The notes under the pieces are model-generated. The model was not told where the DNA came from. It ran no database searches and saw only the letters and a program-made list of their open reading frames with translations. 64,000 nt of DNA, from NCBI GenBank assembly GCA_002269645.1, contig NIVC01002642.1, positions 16,012 to 80,011 of the forward strand. Reading direction: 5' to 3'. Source of the stretch: Macrostomum lignano. Its lineage: Eukaryota. Position numbers and translations under genes: made by a program. This document shows positions 13,738 through 25,940 of the stretch, piece by piece (the first letter of the stretch is position 1; each line of letters starts with the position of its first letter).

Positions 13738-15021
13738 CAGAGGGGGCACCAGTTATAGAGGGGGCGCCAGTTATAGAGGGGGCACCAGTTATAGAGGGGG
13801 CGCCAGTTATAGAGGGGGCACCAGTTATAGAGGGGGCGCCAGTTACAGAGGGGCGCCAGCTACAGAGGAGCGCCAGCTACAGAGGGGGCGCCAGCTACAG
13901 AGGGGGCGCCAGCTACAGAGGAGCGCCAGCTACAGAGGGGGCGCCAGCTACAGAGGGGGCGCCAGCTACAGAGGGGGCGCCAGCTACAGAGGGGGCGCCA
14001 GCTACAGAGGGGGCGCCAGCTACAGAGGGGGCGCCAGTTATAGAGGGGGCGCCAGCTACGGAAGGGACGCCAGCTACAGAGGGGGCGCCAGCTACAGAGG
14101 GGGCGCCATCTACAGAGGGGGCGCCAGTTATAGAGGGGGCGCCAGCTACGGAAGGGACGCCAGCTACAGAGAAGGCGCCAGTACAGAGGGGGCGCCAGCT
14201 ACAAAAGGGGCGCCAGCTATAAAGGCACAAGTTTTGGGGACTTTTGTAGTGGTTCTCAGTATTTTTAAATCTCAGGAGTTCTGGCATTACTCATACTCCA
14301 GACCGAGTGGACATGCTGATGGTGGTGGACCTTTGACCTTCGCTGATGCTCGACTCGCCGTGCAGCGGCCTGGCGCCGCAGAAGACAAAACGGCGAAACT
14401 TGGGCAGCAGAGCAAAGAACACAACGGGGTTCACTGCCGAGTTCATGCTGCTCATGAAGGGAAACTGAAGGGAAAGTTATAGAGGGGGCGCCAGTTATAG
14501 AGGGGGCACCAGTTATAGAGGGGGCTCCAGTTATAGAGGGGGCACCAGTTATAGAGGGGGCGCCAGTTATAGAGGGGGCGCCAGTTATAGAGGGGCGCCA
14601 GTTATAGAGGGGGCACCAGTTATAGAGGGGGCACCAGTTATAGAGGGGGCACCAGTTATAGAGGGGGCGCTAGTTATAGAGGGGGCGCCAGTTATAGAGG
14701 GGCGTCAGTTATAGAGGGACGCCAGCTACAGAGGGGCGCTAGCTACAGAGGGGGCGCCAGTTATAGAGGGGGCGCCAGCTACAGAGGGGCGCCAGCTACA
14801 GAGGGGCGCCGGCTACAGAGGAGCGCCAGCTACAGAGGGGGCGCCAGTTATAGAGGGGGCGCCAGCTACGGAAGGGACGCCAGCTACAGAGGGGGCGCCA
14901 GCTACAGAGGGGGCGCCAGTTATAGAGGGGGCGCCAGCTACGGAAGGGACGCCAGCTACAGAGAAGGCGCCAGTACAGAGGGGGCGCCAGCTACAAAAGG
15001 GGCGCCAGCTATAAAGGCACA
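13738..15021. repeat. 18-bp G-rich minisatellite in two blocks (13738-14228 and 14475-15021) split by a GPCR-derived insert
   Basis: Unit GCCAG(T/C)TA(T/C)AGAGGGGGC. Both blocks end in the same ...CTACAAAAGGGGCGCCAGCTATAAAGGCACA terminus. Confidence 0.95.
14229..14465 (-). pseudogene. About 237-bp exact copy of the 3' end (TM7, C-tail, downstream flank) of GPCR copy 2
   Basis: Identical by eye to about 15425-15661; the supplied ORFs 14234 and 15430 translate identically for about 77 aa. Confidence 0.92.
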
Positions 15022-15486
15022 GACTACTTGCACAGAGGTCCCTGCCGCCAGAGGCTGACTGTGACGACCTGTTTGTCAGTGAGTCTCTGACTAAGCAATT
15101 CTCGTGGCACGCCGGTACGAAATCGCCTCGTTAAAGTCAAATTTCAATTCATATTTCCCCATCATCAACATGAGATAGCGGTGACAGCTGTGAATAGAGC
15201 TCGAGCACTTGAGTTGATGTGTCTCGGAACTTGAGTGTTTCCAAGCACTCGAGAAAATGCTCCGAATTCAAATATGATATCCTAAAGCACCTGTACAAAG
15301 ACTATTAAACATTAGAACTGTCCTTGAAATAAAAAATTTAAATCAAAATCGACAGCTGCAGGTTGCATTGCGTTCAAGATTTTTTTGGTGTTTTATTTAT
15401 GCTTCACTGGACAAGACGACAGCTAAGTTTTGGGGACTTTTGTAGTGGTTCTCAGTATTTTTAAATCTCAGGAGTTCTGGCATTAC

Positions 15487-16484
15487 TCATACTCCAGACC
15501 GAGTGGACATGCTGATGGTGGTGGACCTTTGACCTTCGCTGATGCTCGACTCGCCGTGCAGCGGCCTGGCGCCGCAGAAGACAAAACGGCGAAACTTGGG
15601 CAGCAGAGCAAAGAACACAACGGGGTTCACTGCCGAGTTCATGCTGCTCATGAAGGGAAACAGCGCCATGGCAAAGAACGTCGGCTCCATCGGTAGCGCT
15701 CCAGTGATGTACAGGACGCCGAGAAGGGTCTTTGGAGCAAGCAGAATCACAAACAGACCGGATGTGACTCCTATGATGACGGTGAGTCGCTTGGCAGCCG
15801 CACTGGCAGCCTCGTTCGCCTCCTGCTGTCCGCTCTGAGCAGACGAGCGCCGCATGGAAACCAGAATGACAGAGTAGAGCGACAGCATTGCGACAAACGG
15901 CAGAGCCCACACCAGAAGAGCGTACAGCAGCTCGAGCAGCAGATCAGCCAATCGGGGAACGGAGTGCACATGGAGATTAGCAGGCGAGTCCCGTTGACGC
16001 CCGGCACTTCCAGCTTTGCAGGCCGATGCTTCAGAGCAGTGTGCGGCAACTTGGCCAGGAACGGCACTATCGTCACTGCGGTGAAGCTCGCAACCAGAAT
16101 GCGCTTTCCGTTGCGCTTGTACCAGAACGGCAGCGTCAGGCACAAGCACCGCTCCACCGACAGCGCCACCAGGTTGTACACGCTCATCACCAGCACAGTG
16201 TAGAAGGCGAGGTGGCCGAACACCACAGAGCAGTACAGGTTCCACTCGATTGAGCTGGCCGATGCGGAGGGGAAATCGAACAGCACGTACTGGTGACTCA
16301 GCACGTCCACAATGAGCACGAGAGTGTCGAGCACGCACTGGACTCTGAGCATGACGGTGCTGAGCCGAGTGCCGACCTTGTGTCTGATGGTGAAGGCCAG
16401 CAGCAGGAGGTTCAGGGCCGCGCCGACCGCCTCGCAGACCGTCTGCACCGTCTTGAAGCTGCTAAACTGCGGCACTGTGTCCAT
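15487..16484 (-). CDS. Intronless class A orphan GPCR, copy 2, with one frameshift near 15954-15957 (consensus error or pseudogene)
   Basis: N-half ORF 15771-16484 and C-half ORF 15487-16338 join at MCTPF|PRLADL. TM3 SVERC; TM7 MNSAVNPVVFFALLPKFRR. The break lies in a G-run. Confidence 0.8.
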
Positions 16485-17435
16485 GCCTGATAAAACTGAA
16501 AGATTCTTATAGCTGAGGGTTTACGTAAGTTTTGTTGTACACTGTATCCGGTATCTGAGAGCGGAAATTTAATTCGTTTATTACCTTTGCTGGGGAGTTT
16601 TTTTCGTCACCTGGATGTAATATCTGCGTTGATAACTAGCAATCCCTCTTCCCTTGTTAGCGACTATCAGACATTTTAGAGCATCATGGCTCTAAAATTC
16701 TGAGCTATTTAGGACAAGTACTGTTTTTGAGCCCAGCTTTTATATAAACAGGCATCGGCACCGCCACCCCAACCAATCAGATCACCCAGAAACCATCAAC
16801 TATATCAACGCATGCGAGACGCGAGAAGAGAAATCTTTTGTTAATATGCCCTTCTATATTGTAAAGAATGCCTCTGGTTTGCCAGCGCTATAGCTGATGA
16901 CTGACAGGTGAACTCCCTGATTTTGCTCAGACGTTGATCATGAGACGGCTACTGTGTATGCAATGGATTCTTGGCATGGCATAAGGAGAGAATTACAATA
17001 TTATCCAGATCTGGGTGGACACACCCAGTCTGGTCATGGAATCGTTGAAATTATTCATTTGCTTTCTTCTCAGACTGCAGTCAATAGTCTAACTAGCCTG
17101 AGGGAGCTGCTTATTCAAGGCTCACTAAAAGACTAGGTGCCCCGGAGGTTGCTCCCTGTTTCTCATGTCCTGATTCTGAATAGATTGAGAGCAGAACTTT
17201 ATTGTTTCTTTTCTGTCATAAGATTCGCCCAAAAATGATTGTTTTTGTAATTTTCTGGGAATTGTCCGGGAATTGCTTTGTCCACTTTGCTGGAGGCGGA
17301 GTCACAGACAATGGGGGCTAGCGATATTGAATGCTGAATAAAGCTTTTGTGCCTAGCCAGGATTCTTTGTTCAGCAAACGCATCTTTTCTGGGTTGCCAT
17401 TTCATTTGGGAACCAGCTCTAAGTGCGCTAGTATC

Positions 17436-19770
17436 AGGGGCACCAACTCCAACGGTGTCAGCACCAGGGGCACCAGCACCACGTTCTCAGCACCAGAGGC
17501 ACCAGTTCCAACGGTTTCAGCACCAGGGGCACCAACTCCAACGGTGTCAGCACCAGGGGCACCAGCTCCAACGGTGTCAGCACCAGGGGCACCAGCTCCA
17601 ACTGTGCCAGCACCAGGGGCACCAGCTCCAACTGTGTCAGCACCAGGGGCACCAACTCCAACTGTGTCAGCACCAGAGGCACCAGCTCCAACGGTCTCAG
17701 CACCAGGGGCACCAACTCCAACGGTGTCAGCACCAGGGGCACCAACTCCAACTGTGCCAGCACCAGGGGCACCAACTCCAACGGTGTCAGTACCAGGGGC
17801 ACCAACTCCAACGGTGTCAGCACCAGGGGCACCAACTCCAACTGTGTCAGCACCAGAGGCACCAGCTCCAACGGTCTCAGCACCAGGGGCACCAACTCCA
17901 ACGGTGTCAGCACCAGGGGCACCAACTCCAACTGTGTCAGCACCAGGGGGCACCAGCTCCAATGGTGTCAGCACCAGGGGCACCAACTCCAACGGTGTCA
18001 GCACCAGGGGCACCAACTCCAACTGAGCCAGCACCAGGGGCACCAACTCCAACTGTGTCAGCACCAGGGGTACCAGCTCCAACTGAGCCAGCACCAGGGG
18101 TACCAACTCCAACTGAGCCAGCACCAGGGGTACCAGCTCCAACTGTGTCAGCACCAGGGGCACCAGCTCCAACTGAGCCAGCACCAGGGGTACCAACTCC
18201 AACTGTGCCAGCACCAGGGGCACCAACTCCAACGGTGTCAGCACCAGGGGCACCAACTCCAACTGTGTCAGCACCAGGGGCACCAACTCCAACTGAGCCA
18301 GCACCAGGGGTACCAACTCCAACTGTGCCAGCACCAGGGGCACCAACTCCAACGGTGTCAGCACCAGGGGCACCAACTCCAACTGTGTCAGCACCAGGGG
18401 CACCAGCTCCAATGGTGTCAGCACCAGGGGCACCAACTCCAACGGTGTCAGCACCAGGGGCACCAACTCCAACTGAGCCAGCACCAGGGGCACCAACTCC
18501 AACTGTGCCAGCACCAGAGGCACCAGCTCCAACTGTGCCAGCACCAGGGGCACCAGCTCCAACTGTGCCAGCACCAGGGGCACCAGCTCCAACTGTGCCA
18601 GCACCAGGGGGCACCAGCTCCAACTGTGCCAGCACCAGGGGGCACCAACTCCAACTGAGCCAGCACCAGGGGTACCAACTCCAACTGTGCCAGCACCAGG
18701 GGGCACCAACTCCAACTGAGCCAGCACCAGGGGTACCAACTCCAACTGTGCCAGCACCAGGGGGCACCAACTCCAACTGTGCCAGCACCAGGGGTACCAA
18801 CTCCAACGGTGCCAGCACCAGGGGCACCAACTCCAACTGTGTCAGCACCAGGGGTACCAACTCCAACGGTGCCAGCACCAGGGGCACCAACTCCAACGGT
18901 GTCAGCACCAGGGGCACCAACTCCAACGGTGTCAGCACCAGGGGTACCAACTCCAACGGTGCCAGCACCAGGGGCACCAACTCCAACTGTGCCAGCACCA
19001 GGGGTACCAACTCCAACGGTGCCAGCACCAGGGGCACCAACTCCAACGGTGTCAGCACCAGGGGCACCAACTCCAACGGTGTCAGCACCAGGGGCACCAG
19101 CTCCAATGGTGTCAGCACCAGGGGCACCAACTCCAACTGTGTCAGCACCAGAGGCACCAGCTCCAACTGTGTCAGCACCAGAGGCACCAACTCCAACGGT
19201 GTCAGCACCAGAGGCACCAACTCCAACTGTGCCAGCACCAGGGGCACCAACTCCAACGGTGTCAGCACCAGGGGCACCAACTCCAACTGTGCCAGCACCA
19301 GGGGCACCAACTCCAACGGTGTCAGCACCAGGGGCACCAACTCCAACTGTGCCAGCACCAGGGGCACCAGCTCCAACTGTGTCAGCACCAGGGGGCACCA
19401 GCTCCAATGGTGTCAGCACCAGGGGCACCAGCTCCAACTGTGCCAGCACCAGGGGCACCAGCTCCAACTGTGCCAGCACCAGGGGCACCAACTCCAACTG
19501 TGCAAGCACCAGGGGCACCAGCTCCAACTGTGTCAGCACCAGGGGGCACCAGCTCCAACTGTGTCAGCACCAGGGGGCACCAGCTCCAACTGTGTCAGCA
19601 CCAGGGGGCACCAGCTCCAACTGTGCCAGCACCAGGGGCACCAGCTCCAACAGTGTCAGCACCAGAGGCACCAGTTCCAACGGTGTCAGCACCAGGGGCA
19701 CCAACTCCAACTGTGCCAGCACCAGAGGCACCAGCTCCAACTGTGTCAGCACCAGGGGGCACCAGCTCCC
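17436..19770. repeat. 30-bp GC-rich minisatellite (about 78 copies)
   Basis: Unit CAGCACCAGGGGCACCA(A/G)CTCCAAC(G/T)GTGT with scattered 1-nt indels in the G-run. Confidence 0.96.
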
Positions 19771-20358
19771 AGGACGCCAGCACTAGGAGCGCTAACTCAA
19801 AGGCGGTAAAGCTGCTTCAAAGACCACTGTGGCCCTCATTTGACCCTCGAAGTTTGAACTACGGGCTCCAAGATCGCGCCGGGCACCCAACTAAGCTAGC
19901 AGCGGCGTGTGTGCTTTTGAGCGCAGCAGTTTGGCAATCGCTTTGCAATCTTTATCCCGTGGCAACAGCCAAAACTGTTTCAAAGAATCGAAATCCAGCC
20001 AACGTTGAATCGCATACACGGTCAATTAGTTATCAAAACTGATAGCTAGCGCTAAAAAGACTTTTTTCTTGACAAGCCGAGCTCCGATAAGAGCACGGCA
20101 ACGGTTATAGGGGCCGCAAGCGAACAAAATTCTGGTGGTGTGAGATCAGTCAGCAGTATTCTCGCTTTCTGGCGCTACACTCAGTGAAGACTTTTACTTT
20201 GAACAAATTAGTGCGCCATTTTCAAGGCTCGAAGTTTAGCTCAGCACCAGCCCGCAAAGGTTTGTATGATTCGCATTGCTTGGGCCTACTTTGGTAACTT
20301 GGTAGAACTCGTAGTTTACATGCGTAGTAATTGATAAACTAGATTTTAATGTTTAGAA

Positions 20359-20673
20359 CAGGGGATCGGCAAACTCCGTGGCTCGCGAAGCATCTCTACG
20401 AGCTATCCGGCCCTCGGGTCCTTTGAAACGTCACGATAGCTATCCGGTCCGCCCAAGGTCTCTTGTCAGCTCTTTTACCTTCTCTTTTCCCCTTTTCTCT
20501 CATCTCTCCCCCTCTCTTCTCTCTCGCCTTTCATCTTTTCTCTCATCTGTCACATCTACTCTTTCCTCTTCTCTCTCGCTCAATTCCCTCTCGTCTCCTC
20601 TCTCATCTGGCCCGCAGTCATTGGCAAGGTTATTTACCATGGCCCAAACTTTAAAGAAGTTTGCCGACCCCTG
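20359..20673. mobile_element. hAT (Charlie-like) MITE, 315 bp
   Basis: Ends CAGGGG(A)TCGGCAAACT ... AGTTTGCCGACCCCTG form a 16-bp TIR. Flanks GTTTAGAA / GTATAGAA are an 8-bp TSD with 1 mismatch resembling the Charlie NTCTAGAN target. The interior is CT-rich. Confidence 0.85.
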
Positions 20674-20862
20674 GTATAGAATATTGATTCAAATATGGTG
20701 CATGGCATGCGACCTGAAGACGATTTATTCGGGTTGATGAGAAATGTTTTTGGTTTTCGGGAATTTCGAAATTGAGAAGCTGCTGACTGTGTCGCATGTT
20801 AAAAGCAGGCAAACGTGAGTTGTATTAAAAGCCTCTCTTTCCGCTTCTACCAGCCCGCGGTC

Positions 20863-22470
20863 ATGTCGACGGACGACGCAGAAGCCGACACCAAGCCGGA
20901 GCTGTCGCTGCTACGCAAGTTCCTTTTCGGACTTGCCGCGCCTCCGCTGCAGATGTCGTCGAATGTTGTCGGCTTCTTCTTTAACATCTTCATGCTGGAG
21001 GTGGCCAAGGTGCCTCCCTATTTCGTGTCCGTCATTCTGTTCGTTGGCCGCGCCTGGGACGCCGTCACGGACCCGATGGCCGGCCACTTGGTCTCCAAAA
21101 CCAACACGCGTCTCGGCAAGACCAGGCCCTGGATGATGATCGCCAATCCAATTGGCTGTGCGATGTTCTTCATCCTGTGGATTGTCCTGTTCCCCGTCAC
21201 TGAGGACTACAATGGCGCCAAGTTCGCGTACTATCTGGTTGTCTACCTGCTCTACTGCACCCTGATTACCTGCTACCATGTGCCCTACACGTCTTCGACA
21301 ATGCTAATTGCTCGACAGTCAACTGACAAGGACGCGGCTACCGCTTTTCGAATGAGCTTTGAACTTCTAGGCACCATCGTCGGTGTCGGCTTGTTTGGTA
21401 TCATCATCAGCACCAAGCGGATTGCGGCCTCCTGCGGCTCCAGCCGGGAGGGCCAAATCACGGTGGAAGAGGAACGGTCCGTTTACATGATCGGCGCAGC
21501 GGTCATCGTGGGGATCTTCTTTCTCTGCGGCCTGGCAGGCTCGTTCGGTATCAAGGAAAAGTATGCCGAGAAGCAAGTCTCTGACGACAGTTTCTTTAGC
21601 AACGTCAAAGCGGTACTGACGTTTCGACCCTACGTTCTCTTGATGTTCGCCTTCTTGTTTATGTCGTTAGCTGTGCAGATGGTGCAGACTAACCTGGCAC
21701 TGTACACTACTCATAGCCTTGGACTGGGCGATCACACCAGCTATGGAATCCTGTGCGTTCTTGGAATCGCAATTCTAGCTATTCCTCTTTGGAATCGCAT
21801 GATTCAAATCTTTGGAAAGAAGAACATCTTCGCTGTTGGAGTGGTTATGTTCATCCCATGCCTGCTATGCGCCATGCTAGTTCCACGGGACGTTGTCTGG
21901 GCGTTCTATCTGGTGATGAGCGTCTCCGGGTTCGCAATCAGCATCTCTATGTTGCTGCCTTGGTCAATGCTGCCGGACGTGATCGACGACTACTTTCTGA
22001 AGCACGGGACTCGAAGGGAGGCCACGTTCTACTCGCTGTACGTGTTCTTCAACAAGTTCGCAGTGGGCTTCAGCATGGCAGCTTCGCAGATCACCATGTC
22101 GCTAGTCGGCTACGATTCTAGCCCCGAAGCCTGCGAACAATCCTACGAAGTTGGTCTGGCGCTTCGGTACCTTGTCGGCCCGGGCCCGATCGTATGCCTG
22201 CTGGCCTCTCTGTCTCTCATCTACACGTACCCGATAGACAAGCAATACAGGCAAGAACTGTCGGTTCGGCTCAGCCAATTCCTCCAGCGGCAGGACTCGC
22301 GACAGGACATTGTTGACGAGTCGAAGTCCACAGGTATCAGCGGTTCTACTGGTAATTCGTCGTTTGAGAATGAAGCTTACCAGCACGAGGAGCAGCTGCA
22401 GACCACTGGGCCTGTTGGTGGCGGCAGTGAGGCTGGCAGAAGTCGGGCTAACTTGGACTCAAACTTGTGA
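20863..22470 (+). CDS. MFSD2: MFSD2A/B-like Na+-dependent lysolipid MFS transporter, uninterrupted CDS of about 535 aa
   Basis: GRAWDAVTDP (Na-site Asp pair), YHVPY, MLLPWSMLPDVIDDY, REATFYSLYVFFNKFA and LRYLVGPGP, with 12-TM hydropathy. The first ATG is at 20863, after a pyrimidine-rich acceptor. Confidence 0.92.
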   Translation: MSTDDAEADTKPELSLLRKFLFGLAAPPLQMSSNVVGFFFNIFMLEVAKVPPYFVSVILFVGRAWDAVTDPMAGHLVSKTNTRLGKTRPWMMIANPIGCAMFFILWIVLFPVTEDYNGAKFAYYLVVYLLYCTLITCYHVPYTSSTMLIARQSTDKDAATAFRMSFELLGTIVGVGLFGIIISTKRIAASCGSSREGQITVEEERSVYMIGAAVIVGIFFLCGLAGSFGIKEKYAEKQVSDDSFFSNVKAVLTFRPYVLLMFAFLFMSLAVQMVQTNLALYTTHSLGLGDHTSYGILCVLGIAILAIPLWNRMIQIFGKKNIFAVGVVMFIPCLLCAMLVPRDVVWAFYLVMSVSGFAISISMLLPWSMLPDVIDDYFLKHGTRREATFYSLYVFFNKFAVGFSMAASQITMSLVGYDSSPEACEQSYEVGLALRYLVGPGPIVCLLASLSLIYTYPIDKQYRQELSVRLSQFLQRQDSRQDIVDESKSTGISGSTGNSSFENEAYQHEEQLQTTGPVGGGSEAGRSRANLDSNL

Positions 22471-24727
22471 TTGCCGCTCGATTCTCATTTAAAACACGAG
22501 TTATATAGCTACTGTATTTTCTGTGATTAAAATTAACACAGAGATAATCAAAATTTTTTATACTTTTCACAAACTTGATGTCGCGAACAATTTTTATCTG
22601 CGTAACTTAATAAATACATTGAAAAATGTAAGAGTATTATTCAATTTTTTCGGCGGATTTATGATTGGAATCTAAAGTCGTTTCAAAATTATTCAATGCC
22701 CTCATGCTATTATTAGCCAGTGACTCTTGAAATTTAAACGCGAATCAATAGTCTTTTTGTCAGCCAAGTTGATAAACCAATCAAACAAGTTGAGAATTGC
22801 CATTTGGCAGCATTAGATTTGGTCTTGCCCATAGACATGGAATAAAGGCAGCAAGGTGATAATTCGGCCATAGACAATCAGCACAAAAAAGGATGCCAGC
22901 AGTAATATACATGTAGAAATCATTCCTAAACATCATCGACTTCAATTCTATGCAGTAAAGATCAGAACTCTTGGCTTTGTCCCCCACCAAAAAATCCATG
23001 GCGACGCCCCTGTCTCAGAAAGCAAATTGTTTTAGGGGGTGACTATGAGGGCCGGAGCTCTCATCTTTATAATGTACCGCCAGAATTGTCTAAACATGCA
23101 CTTACGCTAATTAAAATGAATTAGAGCTCTCTCTGCATGGTTTTAAAAACTGATGGCTCAGTTTGTAATACCGAAAGCCCGGGATAAATACTGGGTCGCT
23201 AAATGCTCACTGCTTTCTTTCCGAGCGAGCTTTTCTGGTTTAGAATCCTCGCCGGACTACCGGTATTCTACCGGACGCGGTGTTCAAAGGCGGCTGCACC
23301 TTTAAACCTTTCAATTCTTCGTAGCCAAATGATACTTTACCAGGCTTTATGGAAGAAGCGGTTAAATTCCCGGCTTCGCTTGGGACCTGTGCAACCTCTT
23401 CTGAGCCTGCATTACGCTCGGCTCGCCTGGACTGCAGGCCTGCAGCTAAGATTGTATTTATAAGATCGTAGTGTATTTAATGCATTCGTAATACAATTTC
23501 TTAGATTTGTAAATTCTCCATTAATATTTCATCTGCTTAAAACATTATAACACGCGGATAATGTAAAATTTTTGCGTTTTGAAGTGGCGTGCTAGTTTAA
23601 TTTTGGCGATAGGACAATACGTGCTCGGGCTAAATTGCCTAAATGAAATTTAGGTCTTGCGCCCCTTGGAACTGCCCTTTGCCAGGTCACCGGTAAAATT
23701 TACGTAGATTTTAACAAAATGTTTAAACGTAATACTGTTAAATTAATATTTGCTTTTTTCCTTCAAAAAAAGAGAAATAAAGTTTAGCAACTTTTACTTT
23801 AAAAATTAATAAATTTTGTAAACGTTGAAGACATCCTTTTTTCAAATGGCAACATATTGATAATTTTTGGAATTATGGTTTCTCTTCAATGTTATGGAAG
23901 AAGAGACGAGATTTTTTAATGTTCAATCTCATCTAATAATAGGCCTCGGGCTAGTGGCAGTGCTAAACTCATATAAAAACAAGTTTTATGAGATAGGCAT
24001 AGGCCTAAAAGAAATTTATTGATTCTCTTGACTAAATAGGCCTAATAACATCATACTTTAATTTTGTTAATTATAAAAATTAAGGAAATTCTTATCCCTA
24101 AGCTACAGTAGGCCTAACTGATAAGACCTTTTCTAATAATATCTTCAATCACTTTTTTCTAATAGTGCAATAAAGTAAAATGACCAAACATTTAAAAGAA
24201 AAATGTTTTTCAGGTGGTTTCATTTCACTACATTTAAACCTTTTTTGCTATGCATGAGCCATGAAGGAATGTTGAAAAGTTACACACATTGATGCTTGGT
24301 TAATGATACCTTACCATAAATATAATTTGTTGAGTTTGTTTTAACAATAATAGATCTATGCCAATAATGCCCAAATTTACCTGCCTGGTTACTTATAAAT
24401 CAAAAACAAAGAATGACATCACATTAAATCTCTTTGAAAATGTCTGTAAAATAGTAACTTTGACATAGGCCATAGTCCAGATCATGCTGGGTGCATGCCC
24501 AAACAAAAATGGACTAATTACAAATGCACACCAAAAAATTGGTGCATGCCCATTCCCAAAATATGCCTGTGTTGTAATAATAAATGACCTTTTTTACATT
24601 GTGACAATACAAAACATTTTTTCAATTGCCTAATAGACCCTTATTAGCAGATAATTTCATTTATTTTTATGCTTTTTGGTGATATTATCTATAGCAAAAT
24701 ATTGATACATGCAAAGATTTGTTTAAA

Positions 24728-25224
24728 GGCAGTGCTTATCCCCACGGTACTGTAAGAATAGTTTCTGTCTTATTCCAACAGTACTGTGCGAATAATTTTC
24801 TGCTTATCCGCACGGCACACTGAGGAGATAGCTGCCCTATCTTCTACATATGCCGTGCAAATAATTTTCGGCTTATCCGCATGGCACGCAATTTAAATCA
24901 TTTGTTACTACACAAAAAAATTCTTTCTCATAGAAAAGTCGTTAAATCTTTTTTTCTTTAGAACAAATGTTCAAGCCAAGTTATGTTGTTATGCTGCACT
25001 CAAATCGTATGTATTAAACTTCCCACATGGCATATGTAGAAGATAGGGCAGCTATCTCATCAGTGTGCCGTGCGGATAAGCAGAAAATTATTCGCACGGC
25101 ATATGTAGAAGATAGGGCAGCTATCTCGTCAGTGTGTTGTGCGGATAAGCAGAAAATTATTCGCATGGTACCGTTGGAATAAGACAGAAATTATTCTTAT
25201 GGTACCGTGGGGATAAGCACTGCC
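24728..25224. mobile_element. Mutator-like (MULE/foldback) MITE, 497 bp
   Basis: Long TIRs GGCAGTGCTTATCCCCACGGTAC... / ...GTACCGTGGGGATAAGCACTGCC with internal sub-repeats, and a perfect 9-bp TSD TTGTTTAAA (24719-24727 and 25225-25233). Confidence 0.9.
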
Positions 25225-25940
25225 TTGTTTAAATGTTATTTGCAAGCTAAAAAACTAGAAAGCTTTTGCTAAAAATACATTTTTTTCATTTTTCTACTTT
25301 ACAATAACTTCAATGCATGATTCTATTAAGTGCATTCTAGGTATGCACACATATTATTTTCTCAGGAATGATGCACACCAACTGTACATGCCTAATTTTG
25401 GCATGCAAGGCCAATGCATGCCTACAATTTTGGGTGTATACTATATGATCCTGAGTGTGGGACATAGGCCCCAAATAAATATTATACTATAATATTAATT
25501 ATTTATAAATGTGGCATTATCTACATTACTAGGCCTATTGTTATCAATAAAAATAATCTATTATAAAGGTAAAAAGGTTAAGCCAGCTAAAATAAAATTT
25601 TTGTACAAAATCCTAGATACATCTTGTGCACATTGACAAAACTGGCACACTTATATATATACCTATATGCATATTTCAAGTTTTAAGAACTTGGGGATTT
25701 GTTATTATTATAGTGAATATATAAAAAGCAAAATGGTTTATTTCATGGTTATAGGGAGGAATTTCAGTTAAATTTTTTAGTTTATGCATAGTTAATGCAT
25801 AAGATACTATCTGGGCTTAGGGTCTTTATTTAATGTAACCATATGAATAGCAAAATTGTTATTTTTATAGTCACTGTATATAAAAAGCAAAATGGCCTTT
25901 TTTATGGTTATAGGGAAGAATTTCAGTTAAAACTAGCAAT

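Noticed and set aside
17331-20042. Mucin- or collagen-like ORFs ([10 protein letters not shown])n up to 820 aa
   Set aside because: Both strands and several frames are open, indels shift frames freely, and there is no signal peptide or unique domain.
22985-23012. Single hAT-like terminus TGGCGACGCCCCTG
   Set aside because: No partner TIR or TSD found nearby.
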